Shown: positions 25,554 to 38,810 of the stretch, piece by piece | How positions within the stretch are numbered: position 1 is the stretch's first letter | Layout of the letters: each line of letters starts with the position of its first letter | Source of the DNA: Felis catus | Taxonomy: Eukaryota | DNA length: 64,000 bases | Direction of reading: 5' to 3' | NCBI RefSeq assembly: GCF_018350175.1 | Contig: NC_058368.1 | Span: 133,736,001 to 133,800,000, forward strand | Program-made: the position numbers and the translations under genes | Notes under the pieces: generated by a model | What the model was told of the DNA's origin: nothing | Databases searched by the model: none | The model's input: only the letters and a program-made list of their open reading frames with translations

Positions 25554-26861
25554 CTCCACCAAGCCTGCACAGGTTTTAGAGGGAGATGTAGAAGTGGTGA
25601 AATTCAGAGTTTAAGTTTGCCTGGTGTTGACAGCGCTGTGGAAGGTTCAGTGTGACAAGAAGTTAAAATAATTAAATAAGGTGAAACATATGGATTATCA
25701 GGGGATTGCTTTTACTCATCTCATGTTTTGCTTATTCTTTTTTAACAAAGAAATTGAAGTAAATTTTTAGATGGCCTTGGGAATCCAAGTAATTGTTTTG
25801 AAATCAATAATACATTTTATTTAGAAGTATGTTCTATTTATGAAGTCAGTTTTCATACCCAAAATTATAGAGCAGTCTGACCACAGCTATTCTGTATTAC
25901 TTCATCTCAATTCATGATAAGTTTATCTGATCATATTTCTCTGTGAGATTTTCTTAAAAATTACTTAACTAGTCTTGGAAACTTGTAGATAGGAATCTAG
26001 TCTAGAGTTTCCTGGAATCGGACAAGTAGATTCGATGTGACTTGACTGGAAAACAGATGTTATTTACTTATTTTTTATTTACTGGGCTTTTTCTAGGACT
26101 ATAGTGTGTTAGGATTTAGTTATTCCCTCCTGAAATACTTATCCTTTGGGTGAAAAATAAAAATAAGCATGAGTCAGAATTGTGTCAGCGAAAACTTCTC
26201 AAGACAGGACTCTGAAATATAGGACCTTAGATTCCTACCTCACTCAAAGAAGCATTCATGGCCTCATCTACTTTGAGGTACTGATTCAGGTGGGAGAGGG
26301 ATGTTACAGATTCTAGGCATGACATTCTTCCACACTTAATATGCATTTATGAAAAAATGGCTGTCTGGGTTGCATGCTCTGGTCTGTTTATCTGTTGATT
26401 GTTTTCCACCTGTTCTTTTATTTGCTTCCCCTGGAACTAGCACATCGAAAAAAAATTCAGTAATTTATATCGTGGCTCATATTTATGAAACATGACAAAA
26501 ACTTCTTTTCCCCTCCGCCTCCAAAATTCTCCTTGTTTGGGTACTTGCATTAACTGTGGGGCTCAATCCACAGACCACATGGTGAGTGATGGATATTAGA
26601 CCCATCTGGAACTTCCATTGCCTGTTCTATATTTTATAAGCATATCCTAAAATGCCCTTTGTAATTTGGTAGACTAGGCCAGAGCTCTCCAGTTAGGTAA
26701 ATTACGTGCAGCAGGCTTTGCTCTCCATTAAAGTTGAAAGTAACAATGCATCATTTTAGGTACCCGACAGACACCTGGCACGTCACTGAAGTGAAACTGT
26801 TCCCATTTCTGGGACAGAATCACTGAATGGATCTTTCTGAGCCATGAATTCCAGGGTATTG

Positions 26862-26934
26862 TTTTTTTTTTTTTTTTAAGTTTCATTTGTTTATTTTGAG
26901 AGAGAGACGGTATGAGTGGAGGAGGAAGGAAGGA

Positions 26935-26973
<39 letters not shown>

Positions 26974-27049
26974 CCCAAGCAGGCTCTGCGCTGTCAGCAC
27001 GGAGCCCGATGCAGGGCTCGAACCCCTAAAACTGCAAGATCATGACCCG
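26862..27049 (-). mobile_element. 5'-truncated Can-SINE
   Basis: Body stops after GATCATGACC; flanks TCCA(GG/CA)GTATTGTTTTT. Confidence 0.93.
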
Positions 27050-28450
27050 TCCACAGTATTGTTTTTAAAGCTGTGGTACTAGGCACTAACAGAGGATAAA
27101 TAAAAGAAATTATTACTTTGCAGGGGAGAGAAAGGACTTTGATAATGTCACATGACACCCAAAATGCTCACTGAGGATTATGTTTATCTTTTAGCCCCTA
27201 ACAATTTGCTGTCCGGTGTTTTTGAACAATTGAAATTGTCCCTCCCTGAGCTGCCACCAGAGACAGCCTGGACTGTTCCACTTCTGTTTGTTTTCTTATC
27301 AACCAGTGTTATTTGAAGGGAATTGGAAGATGAGTTGGCAAGTCTATTTGATGTAATAATGGAAAAAGTAACTAAAGATGAGGAAATACTGTTAAAATGT
27401 ATGATGTATTTTAATGTATATTAAAACAACAATAACAGAAATGAAAGTAAAATAAATCACTTACGATGAACCATTTCCAGTTTTGCATGGCATACACACA
27501 TCTTTTTCTGTATGCACACGTGTTTATGTGATACATAGTTATACTGCTGGGTATGCTACAACTCCTACCATAGTTACACTACTTCTGTTTTGTTTTTGTT
27601 TTTTTCAACACAGGATATTGCCATACTGTGATATAATTTATAAGGATGACTTTTGCTGGCTGCATAGTTAGTAAATAAGCCATCTACCCTTGATGCCTGT
27701 GCGAACAATAAAACGGTGTCTACATCAGGGACTGAGAGCCCTTTCTACGCGAGGTTTTGAAGCTTCACTTCTATTTTTCTTTAATAAAGGGGGGTGGGGA
27801 GATGTCTTGGTGGCCATTACTCTCGAGGAGCCTGTTTCCACATTCTGATTGGTATCATTCACTAAACATACCCCTGTAGTTGTAAGTGGGCTCTGCCCTA
27901 TTCTTCGTAACTTTCTCTAAAACTTTCAGTTCCCCTTCAAGTATAAACCCTGCTGGGTAGGAACATCGTCACCATTATCCACAAAAATGTTAATTCTTAG
28001 ATCCTCAGGTGGGCGTGGTTGACTGCAGAGTAAGAGCAAGATCAAGGTGTGGAAATGGGCATTTGCCAAAGAGGAAGAGAGGCACTAGGAGAAGAGACGA
28101 ACAGATGAGCTGTGTCTGTTCCTCCTAAATGGGACGGAGGGTTTTGCTGGGCTAGTTGACATACCTGAGCCAGGAGCCCAGGCTGTGAGGTGGTGGCCCA
28201 CAGGTTGCAGACCTTGAGCAACTCTTTCACGGTGCTCAGAATTCTCATCTATTCACTGCGGTGGGGTGGGGAGCAGTGTGTGTTGATCATGTCCCCAGAA
28301 GGATTGAATTTCCAGCCTTGGAAAAAGATCACCCTGTCCAAGTTTGGTTTTAGTCATCTTTTCAGAGGATACAGAGTAACACTGAACTTACTTCAGCCAT
28401 GTTTGTTGAAAAGGATTGCAAAAAGCTAATAGTTGTTTTTTGGTTCGTTT

Positions 28451-28453
<3 letters not shown>

Positions 28454-28484
<31 letters not shown>

Positions 28485-28700
28485 TTCAATGTTTATTTCC
28501 CAGAGAGAGAGAGAGAGGGAGAGAGAGAGAGAGCATGAGTGGAGAAGGGGCAGAGAGAGAGGGAGACACAGAACTTGAAGCAGGCTCCAGGCTCTGAGCT
28601 GTCAGGGCAGCGCCTGATGCGGGGCTTGAGCTCACAAACCGTGAGATCATGACCTGAGCCGAAGTCGGTTGCTCAACCAACTGAGCCACCCAGATGCCCC
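28454..28700 (-). mobile_element. Can-SINE
   Basis: TSD GTTTTTTGGTTC(G/A)TTTCTT on both sides. Confidence 0.95.
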
Positions 28701-28974
28701 GTTTTTTGGTTCATTTCTTAATGAATCATCAAAATCTGCCTAAAAACCACAGACTTAAATATTCATTGTTCTTTTTGTTTATCATCATGAAGATTGTCAG
28801 TAATGACAGTGCTTTAAAAGAAAAATCATCCAACCAGTTGACAAAAGGCAGTATGGTTTTGGAAGCGTCCCCCTAGGGCTTGTATGTAGAAGTTAAAAAG
28901 AAATAGAAAAACAACAGGTTCGTGTATGGTGGGTTTTTTTTCTTAAACCTTACAAAATAATGTGCGTGCATCCG

Positions 28975-29870
28975 TGAAATCTGCTGAGTATCTGTGATGT
29001 ACTTAGAGGCATACACAGATGAATAGAAACTATCCTTGTACTCAGAGGGCTTAAAGCCTAGTGGAGAATTGGACCTGTAAACAATTGTGCTCTAGTAAAA
29101 AGACTGGCATAAAAGAAGTGTTTGTATGTATAAAGTTCATTCGAGATCCAGGAGGAATAACTGTTAGGTCTGCAAGAGAAAGTCAGGCTGGCTTAGCTGG
29201 AGAGGTAACCTTACATCTCTCACTTGAAAGATGTGCAGAAGTTTTCCAGGCAGAGGAGATAGAAATTCTAAGAACAGGGAACAGGGTGTGCAAAGGCAAT
29301 GAGGTATGGCGCAGCTCCCGCATCTGGGGAGCTCACAGTAATTCAGTATTTCTGACATGTATGTGTTTTTTCTTTATTATCGGAGCATAAACCATAAGGG
29401 GGTGAGTGTCAAAGGATGAGGGAGGAGAGATAACAAGGGACTGTATTCATAAAGTATTCGACTTAAAGAGGTTTTGATTTCCCCGTAAAGAACCTCTCAA
29501 ACTCTAATGTGCATAAGATTCCTTCCCTCCCTCCCACCCCACCCCCCCTCCACACTCTGATGGAATGCAGATTCCTGGGCTTCATGCCCAGAAATCCTGA
29601 GTCACTGGGTGTGGAGAAGCCGCCTCAAATCTGCGTTTCTCATAAGCACTCCAGGTAATTCAATGATGGTCGGACAGAAGCCGTACTTGAAGAAACACTG
29701 CTAGAGCAGTGGGGAACCACTGAATTTTCTTTCCCAGGAGAGACAGTAAAATGATTGTGAGCACAAGTTAGTGCTGCAGCTTTGGAGGAATAGATTGGAG
29801 TGGAGAGGGTGAGGATATTTTACTAACCCAGGTAAAGGGGTGATGGAGGCCTCGACCAGGGGGCCCTTTG
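28975..29870 (-). mobile_element. Degraded L2, interrupted by MER5
   Basis: Reverse L2 3'-end-like sequence and purine-rich L2-like body. Confidence 0.55.
29490..29703. mobile_element. MER5-like hAT-Charlie DNA transposon
   Basis: CTCAAACT...ATGCAGATTCCTGGGC...AATCTGCGTTTCT..AAGCACTCCAGGTAATTC...GAAACACTG. Confidence 0.75.
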
Positions 29871-30227
29871 CAACGTGAAAATCTGCTGCTCTTTGATCGT
29901 TTTAGGTACTGTGAGAGCTTACCCAATTCACTCTGCTCTCCTTTTCTAATTTTCCCAACTAGTGTATTTTTGTAACATTTAAGTGAGATTTTTTTTCTAC
30001 TCTCTTGAGTCTTCTATTTCTGTTGAGTACATGTCATCTGGCCTTACTTTTCTGTTATCATTGATGTATTAGCATTCTTTATCTTTCTGTATGTCCTTCC
30101 TTTCCTAAAACCCGCCTGTAGAGATCCTTCTTAGTTCACATCCATAGATACTCCTCTGTCACCCATCTGCCACTATATTGGATGAGATGATTGACTGTTG
30201 CTACAGCTCTTAAAACTGGAATAACTT

Positions 30228-30476
30228 CTTTTTATTTATTTCCTTCACATTTATTTGTTTTGGAGAGATATATAGAATATATAGATATATATTATAGATC
30301 TATATTATAGAATGTGGGGGGAGGGGCAAAGAGAGAGGGAAACAGAGGATCCAAAGTGGGCTCTTTGCTGACAGCAGAGAGCCCAATGTGGGGCTCAAAC
30401 TCACTAACTGTGAGATCATGACCTGAGCCAAAATCGAGAATCGGAACCTCAGCCAACTGAGTCACCCAGGTGCCCT
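30228..30476 (-). mobile_element. Can-SINE with AT-rich altered linker
   Basis: Reverse body and head; (GA)n replaced by ATAG/ATAT repeats at 30265-30310. Confidence 0.92.
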
Positions 30477-31325
30477 GGAAGTTTTTTGATAACTACTAAC
30501 TGGAATACAGTTGTCTCCTCTGATGTGTCTTAACAATACATTGGTTCAAAGAATATTTCTGTGGTTGGAACCAGAAACTTGGTCTCTGCCTTTCAGCCCT
30601 CACAGTCTAGCTGAGTAAAGACAGTAAAATCTGAGTTATCTAGCCTCATGGGAAATAACAAATTTGTGTTTGTTGGGGAGAGGGGAAAGGTAGTCTTAAA
30701 TTACCTCTAATAGAATATTTTGAAATTAGGAACATCGTTTTATTTTCCTGCATACATGTGGACTAATATTAAAATAGGGCTCACTTTTTCAAAAGTAAAT
30801 GATTTTTCTGAGCAATGAAAGAAGAAAGCCTTCATATACAGCACAATGAAGTAATTTTATAATTCAGAGCTGTCCCCAGAAAATGCAGTTTGACCAGTCT
30901 GCAAATAACACGTATATTCAACCAAAAACACAGCTCTGTATGGATTTATAACCCAGTCAGCTTTGAAAACACCCATTTGCCCAGTTGCCATAGACAGGTA
31001 AGGATTTATGTGTAGAAACAGTTATTTTTCATTTTTAGATTATGAAATCCTCTGAATAGGAAAGACTTCATTTTTAAAGCAATTTTACTATTTCTAAGGT
31101 TTTAAGGCTTTTACATGTGCATTTTACTTTGTCAGAAGATACCAATCCAATTTTAAGAAAAAGTCCTTGTCAAAGTGTATAGTTTTAAGTTTGTAAACTC
31201 TTGAAAGTATTCTAAAATTTGCAGGAACATGAAATTTCAGGCCATGGTAAAAAAGACTGTCAAATATATGGCTCCTGGGAATGGAGTTTTTTTCCTAATT
31301 AAAAATAATAGGACTCATTGTTAAA

Positions 31326-31330
<5 letters not shown>

Positions 31331-31365
<35 letters not shown>
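31331..31365. repeat. (TG)n microsatellite
   Basis: Pure TG run. Confidence 0.97.
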
Positions 31366-31367
<2 letters not shown>

Positions 31368-31567
31368 CCACACACATATATATATGAATAAAATCATCCA
31401 TAATTCTACACTTACAGATGGCCACTAAAAAGACTTTGTTTAGTTCTTTTTTATTCATATGCACTCACATATTATGAACAAATTATATCATAACTGCTCC
31501 ATTTTGGGTGGCTTTCTTTACACATATTTCAGGAGCATTGCCCATTACCTCTATTTTGCACATGTGG

Positions 31568-32047
31568 TCTTTGTTTCCGATGGCTACTGTAACAAATCAT
31601 GACAAACTAAGTGGTTTAAAACATGTATTTATTTTTGTAGAGTTCTAGAGGTCACAAGTCTGAGATAGCTTCCCTGGGCCAAGATCCAGGTATGTCCAGG
31701 GCCCAGCTTCCTCCAGAAACAGTAAGGTGGAATGTGTTTCCCTGTCTTCTCCAGCTGCTTTCTAAAGCTACATTCTCCGCATTGCTTCCTCCACTTTTAA
31801 AGCCAGCAGGGTAGCATCTTGCTTGTGTCACACTGCCTTCTTCTCTAGTCAAAACTCTCTCCCCCTCCCTCTTATAAAGACACTTAGGATTACTTTTAGG
31901 GCCCACTCTCGTAATTAGGATCATCTCTCCATCTCAAGACCCTTAATTGAATCACATCTTCAAAATTCCTCTTGACGTACAAGGTAACATATTCACAGGT
32001 CCCCGGGATTAGAACCTGGACGTCTTTGGAATCCATTATAGCCCATC
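31568..32047 (-). mobile_element. MLT1 (ERVL-MaLR) solo LTR
   Basis: Reverse-complement similarity to the LTR at 8218 (CATCTCAAGACCCTTAAT..AATCACATCT, AAGGTAACATATTCACAGGT). Confidence 0.88.
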
Positions 32048-35000
32048 TTTATTGGCTTTATAGTGTTTCATTTTATGGCTATTTCAGTTTTTACTAGCAT
32101 TTGCCTTCATAAATTAACATTTATTAACATTATCAACACCTTGTGCCTTTGGGTTTTTTTGCCCATAGTATGGTAAGGGATTCTGAGATTAATTTCCATA
32201 TGCATGAATGTTTGTGTATATAGTTGATTGTATAAGTTCCAGGATGTCAGTTTATAGTTAAAATGTCTATCTGTATGTGTATATTATATGTATATTTTGT
32301 AGCAAACATATACATTTATACGTGTGTATCTGTGTATATGAGAGGTATGTGTTGGTGTGTGTGTTTCCATTCTCCAGATAGCTTTCTAGATAGTTGGCAG
32401 GGAGAACTTCTCTCCTTATGCTCTTAGCAGCATTGAGTAGGATCTTTATTTTAATCTTTGCCAATTAAACAGGTAAAAAGATACGAGTGATGCTTTGAGT
32501 GCATTTTTATGATGACTTATTAGTTTGAACACTTTTCATTCTAAACACTATATTCCATGAATTAATATTTATTTTAATAGCTTTATTAGTGAAAATGACA
32601 TACAGTAATAGATGTAGATACTAAAGTTTGCTTGAGAACTTGGCTAAAATATTTTGTGTCTTAAGTTAAATAATAGCCTGTGATTTGTGGAAGAATTTGT
32701 ATCAGTTTTAGCAACGGGATAAACTTTGGATTGTTAACAGAAGCGCATGGTTTCTACCTCTGTCTGTATATGCTCCTTATGTGGTACTTTGTTGGAAACT
32801 CTTAACTCTTACTTTAATGGGATAGTTTTCCATAACTTTAGATGTCTGACCTGGAAAAATATTCAAGAAAAAAAGAACTGATAAATTAACTTTAATCTTA
32901 CATTACAGAAAGGTCTTAGTGTCAGCTACTAAAGGGCTAAATATAACTACCCTGACCCACTTAAACCAAATTGACACTTGTGATAATTGCACTGTAATTC
33001 ATGCTCAGGAGCTGGATAAGAAATGATGAACCTTAGACCCAAGCTTCTGGGTCAAGAAACTCCGGGTCCTTGAAGTTAATTCCAGATTGAGAGACTATTA
33101 CAATGATTAGTAACTGAGGGTCACTGTTACAGTCAAAAAGCATTTAGCATTTCATATAATCTAATTACATATATGTATATGTATACATACATATAGCTAC
33201 ATATGCATGGTCTCTATTTTCTGAGATTTTGAAATCTGTGACAGTAGACCTGCTTAACTGATACAGCATATATAGATAATGAAATGGACTCATGAAATTG
33301 AATAGGAATAGATCAAAAAAGCTTTTCCAAACATATACAAGCTGAATCTTCAAAATGTCATGATTCTCCACCTGACTTTGCTATCAAATATCTTTCTAAC
33401 CCCGAGCAAATCTTTTTTTCCTCTTCTCCTTTCTCTAACATTCATGTGAATGGGTGTATTGAGGATTTAAAGATGGAGGAGATACAGCCCCTTCCCTCTT
33501 ACCCAAGGGGGATTGATCTGCAAATGAACAGAGATTTTGATGTGGTGGGAGAACCTTTTTTTTCTGCGGAGGCTGTCAGGAACAGAGGCCATTAGAGGGA
33601 TATTCAGCGTGGTGGGGTTAGGGAGCCTCAAAGGAAGGCCACCTAGAACAGGTGGCAAGAAGTTCGGTCTTAAAGTGAGATGGGAGTTAGCCTTCCGAGT
33701 TTGTCAGATGAGGGGGGCTGATCTCCAAGACTCGTTCCCTGCTCTAAGATTGGATTGCTTAGTTCTGTTAGGGGCCAGTACTGTGTGTCAGTTTCTAGTG
33801 GATCTTCGATCCGCTGGTTTAGAATGAAGAAGACACACTGCTCTCTGGCTCCCTCCCACTCATCTCCTGTAGGATCACCCTTGCTGCCCTGTAAGGATGG
33901 TAGACCTTTTCTGTCCACGTCTATCCTGGCGCTCTGAGAGACTAAGTATGCAGCTTCTCCCAGGATCTTCTCTTGCTTGAAAGCCAGATGATGGAGGGCT
34001 AGGGTAACACGCTTGCAAGCAGTGATTATGACACCCAACCCCGTCCTCTGTGCTGGGCTGCCATCATGCATGTTCTCCTCCTCTTCTCTGTCTTATACAT
34101 CAAGGAGTCCCTCGTTTGAACAGTACTTCATTGCTCATAATCATCTGTTCTCTCCTCTTGGGTTTTTGTAAGTTACTGGTTATTTCCTACATTTCCTGAG
34201 CCTGTGATTCTCCTGGGATCCAAGGAGTACCTGAGGAAAAATGTTAGGTTCTCTTCCCGTTCTAGCCACTCTTAAGCCTGTCCTTTGCTCTCTCAGACCC
34301 TGTCCTTCAACTCGCCCTTGGGGATTATGCAGTTCTCTGCCCAACCTGCCAGGAAACATAAATCAGTTTTATTGTGTTTCCTTTGGTTTATCTATTCACT
34401 TTATAAATGTCAATCTACCTTGAAATATTGTTTAAAGTTTTTTTTTTTTTCATATTCCCAGGATAATGTAACCTTATTTATTATCTATCTCTTGGTGTTC
34501 AGCATTCGGACTTATACCTACAAGTTAATTTTCATTTACCTTTTTATCTTCTTTCATAGTTTGGTAACATGAGCAAAAAAATGGTTTAGTAACACTAATA
34601 GAGTTTTCTTTCAACATACTCCACATCTCTAGCTCCACCTTTAAGTTTTATTCCTTAAGATGTGCAGTGATTACAAGGATTGCTTATTCAGGATGGGCAA
34701 TTTTCTCTTCACACTTCTACCCTTAAATTCACAAGACAGCATTTAGAAGCCAAAGCAGACCTGTAGGTGTGGACAGCAGTGGGGAAGGAGTCACTTCTAG
34801 GTGTTCTAAAGATGGGGATTCATAGAGGTCAAGTTTAGTTTACAGCACAGTCCCCAGACTAGGCCAAGATCAGGCAGAATACCTTTGGAAACTCAGTATC
34901 AACACCACTTTTCATTGTGTCTTATCATTGGAATTGGCCTTGTGGCCAGAGTGTCAGTGCAGGGAGCCACTCACCTGCACTTGAAAGCTTAGTTTCCCAC

Positions 35001-36254
35001 AGTGTTTAAGTTCAGGGGAGGCTTGAGGGATGTTATCTTCAACACTGTTCTATGTATGGTGGGAGAAAACCCTATTGCATGGACATGGGGCAGAGGGTGG
35101 GAAGCAGAAGGGAGAATTCAAGTCAATGAAAAGAACATGGAATTCTTTGTTTGGGGGGTTGGTGAACAGTGAAGAATTTGACCCATTCTTAAGTACTCAT
35201 TTTATCCTAAGCCAGCATTTCAGTAGCATGACAAGGTTATTTTTCATTGTCATTTACCTTTCTTATAAAAACAATGACTGATAATATCATCTGATTAAGT
35301 GAATGAGCATTCTGGATCACAAAGCTTGTCCATTAATGTGTAGGCTTAGTTATTGTGCAATAAGTAGAAAATCTTGCTAAATATCTGTATATTGACTTAG
35401 ACTGGCTGTAGTCTTAGGAATTCCCAATAATCTCAATTTCCTCTTAGTTCTTCACCCAGTTTTACTGCACTTGCAACTAAACTATACTCTAGTTTCTGCC
35501 CATATAATTACTTTGTCTGTACAAAAATGTCAGTAGTTCTGACAATTTTAATTCTTGTGTTTGCTGACTGCATTATCTTCTGAATCATGAGTTCTCAAAT
35601 CAAGTCAAACAGGTTAGAAGACAAGTTACACTTGAGCATCACACCTACTCTTATCTTAAATGAATGTGGGAATGTATCAGCCACTTTCTCTATATTAAGT
35701 AGTTCATTTCTGGCTCCTCACGCATTTTGCCTGTTTTTATTTTTTTTCATTTTGGATACAACCCACATTTTCCCAAGCCTTTTAAGTGCAAAAACTGTGT
35801 TAAAGTATACGTAGTTTAAAAAAATTATGTTTTTTCCCATCCCTTTGAGAATTTTCAGGGTGGGTTACTCAGAATGTATAGGGTGGAGACTGTAATGACA
35901 TCTGCTCATAGGCCAGGATATTTATCATTCAGTCAAGAGAAGAAAAATATGTTTTATGCATTTATTTACCCATGTAAGTTATCATTGTTGCTCAAATACC
36001 TGGGCTTTTCAGGAAGAAGTAGAGAATCATGAGGTCTTGCAACCATCCAGAACTTGATGTCTGTTCACTGTATCTCCTTCAGGTTACCTCTACTCAGACA
36101 CCCTTATAGGAGGTCCTTTCTTGTTTTTTCAGTCTTTTTCATCTTCAGATCCAAAGAGTCTTCTGCATTGTTAATTCAGTATTCAAGGACAGTTGTCAAG
36201 CTCCCTAAATTTTCTCTTTCTGCACTTTGAACACAGAGTTTCTTCAACATGTAA

Positions 36255-36458
36255 TTTATTATTTTTTTTAACTTTAGAGAGAGAGATAGAGAGACAGTGT
36301 GAGTGGGGGAGAGGCAGAGAAAGAGGGAGAAGAGAGAATCCCAACCAGGCTCCGCACTGCCAGCATAGAGCCGGATGCAGGGTTGGAACTCACAATCTGT
36401 GAGATCACGACCTGAGCTGAAGTCGGCTGCCCAACTGACTGAGCCACCCAGGTGCCCC
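36255..36458 (-). mobile_element. Can-SINE
   Basis: Reverse body and head. Confidence 0.94.
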
Positions 36459-37208
36459 TAATGATGACATTTCTTAGAGTGATGTTAAGACATAAGGAAT
36501 GTTAGTACTTCTCTTTTCAGTTACAGAATATAGATAAAAATTAATAAGAGAAATTCTTTAGAGCTTCATTCTCTTAAAGTATCTTCATGGAATTCTTAAG
36601 TTGAGATTCTTTGAAAAAAATCAATTGACCTGCTATCACTAATCATTTTAGGGCATCTTAAGGGAAACATAGATTCCAAAGCATCTGAAGTGTCTCCATT
36701 TAAAAAGCATTTATTAACTGCTTGTATAAATCAGGAACTGTCAGATTTTGGGAATATAGAAATCAGTAACACATGACTTCAGCCTTGAAGAATTCACAGA
36801 CTCATATGCAAGATGGAAGACCGTAGTGAACAGGCACTTACCATACAATGTGACCAGCACTGCATAGAGGCATGTTGAAGCCACCACCATAACAGAGGGC
36901 ATGGTGTGGGGTGTCCTCTGCTCTGTTCCCATTCCTTTTAGTATTGTATTCTGTTAACTTCTGTGTATTGCTAACATTTACATACATTGTGTTCTAAACA
37001 CTGCTTACAAGGCCTTATGTATGCCCTCTCATTTATGGTAATCTCAGAGGTTGTCCTATCCTGAACCCCCAAAAATGGGGAAAATGGTCAGAAATTAAGT
37101 GACTTGCCTTAAGTCATAGTAGTTGTTGGATCCAGAATTCAGACCCAAAGTTGTTGCTCTTAACCAATGGTCTATCCTACCATTCTAAGAGGAAGACATA
37201 ATTACTAG

Positions 37209-37398
37209 CAGTAGTTCTCACCCAGGGGTGATCTTGTCCCCAAAGAACATTTGGCAAAGTCTACAGACATTTTTGATTGTTACGCGACTAGGGGGTGGAA
37301 GGCGGGATGCTGCCTAAAGTCTTCCGGTATACAACACAATCCCCCAAACAAAGAGTTATCCAGCCTAAAATGTCAAGTACTGAGGTGGAGAAATTGCT
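37209..37398. mobile_element. MER20-like hAT-Charlie DNA transposon
   Basis: CAGTAGTTCTCA..CAGGGGTGAT...ACATTTGGCAA.GTCT..AGACATTTTTGATTGT...AAAATGTCAA. Confidence 0.85.
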
Positions 37399-37442
37399 TT
37401 GGAGCTTGGTAGTTTGTGTCAGCCTTTAAAAATACTCTTTTA

Positions 37443-37640
37443 GGGGCGCCTGGGTGGCTCAGTCACTTAAGCATCTGACTTTGGCTCAGTGGTTGGTGAG
37501 TTTCACCCCCCCCCCCCAAGTCAGGCTCTGTGCTGACAGCTCAGAGCTAGGAGCTGCTTCAGATTCTGTGTCTCCCTCGCTCTCTGCCCCTCCCCCACTC
37601 GTGCTCTGTCAAATACAAATAAACATTAAAGAAATTTTTT
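37443..37640 (+). mobile_element. Can-SINE
   Basis: Head and body; AAATACTCTTTTA on both flanks. Confidence 0.94.
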
Positions 37641-38544
37641 TAAATACTCTTTTAAATCCTTAAAAGCTTGTTTTTAAAGTATGGAGCAAAAAATGCTGAA
37701 TCAAGTTCCTAAGCATCTGGTGAAGTGTATTTTGTCACTTGTTAAACTGAGAAAAATATTGCCTTCTTTGTCTACCTTAGTAGATTTCAAGGATCTGAGG
37801 AGCCTCAGTGAGAATTTCAAAAGATGATGCATAAGAAAGCCCTACACAACAATGCTCAGAAATTCCTAGAGTCCTTGGGGTGAAACTATTTCTGGGAGTC
37901 ACAAGAATTAGGATCCCAGAATGCACTCCTGTTGTCTGTTTACCACTCCCTTGTCAGCTGACCTCTCTTCCCTTGTCACTCTGCTATTTAGGTAAGCAAG
38001 TTTGTCTGCAACTTGCTTAACCATTTTTTGAGTCTTTTTTTTTTTTTTTACTAAAATCTTGTTTTAAAATTTACTATCTCTCACCGTATTACGCCAATTT
38101 AAGGCAGCTAACTTAAATTCTTTTTTTTTTTTTTTTCCTTCTGTATAGACTTTTACACAAGCATTTGCCTGTTAGGGGAGTTGTTTGAACACCATGCCTT
38201 TCTTCCAGATGAACAACAGGAACGTTGATTTCATCTTCCTTTCAAGTTCTAACACATGTGGCAGGAAAATAACTCTAGCATTTGTTGACTAAGTGCCAGG
38301 GAGCGTCTGTACAGGTAGGAGCTGGCCATTCCCTGGATTTGTTGCAGTCCGCGAAGCCAACAGCTGTGCCTGTCGTAACTCATCAACTGGATGTAATCTC
38401 ATAAATCCAGTTGACTGGGGTTTTAGGTGAGTGTGGCCTCCCCTTGGCGTGCTTTTCCTACAAACAGCGTCCGGGTGAAGAGTAATTACTGACTTCCTAG
38501 GAGTGTTTTCATGGTGATCCATTCTGCCGTGAATCACAGACCAG

Positions 38545-38810
38545 CCCTCAGGTGCGCCCAGCGCTCACCTCGGCGGGTGCGGGCCGCGGCTGGATTGATT
38601 GATTGATTTGGGGGGAATGATCCAACTGCGGCTGCGGGCCGGGGGCGCGGCGCGGGCCTGAAGATGCTGGGGTCCGGGGTGCTCCGGGGCTCGCGCACGG
38701 GACCCCACCCCACCCCACCCCCAAGCCTGCCCCTTTCCCATGAGGCCCAGCTCCCGGGGGAGGGTCTGCCGGTGGGGAAGGGGCCCCGGCCCAGCCCCTG
38801 CCGGCGGAGG
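38545..38810. promoter_or_regulatory. Small CpG island (candidate internal promoter/enhancer)
   Basis: About 24 CpGs counted by eye in about 260 GC-rich bp of unique sequence, against a CpG-depleted background; elevated CpG extends roughly 38300-39150. Confidence 0.8.

Noticed and set aside
30868..30997. Possible 130-nt exon ending CAG|GTAAGG
   Set aside because: Good donor but poor pyrimidine tract and unrecognisable peptide; insufficient support
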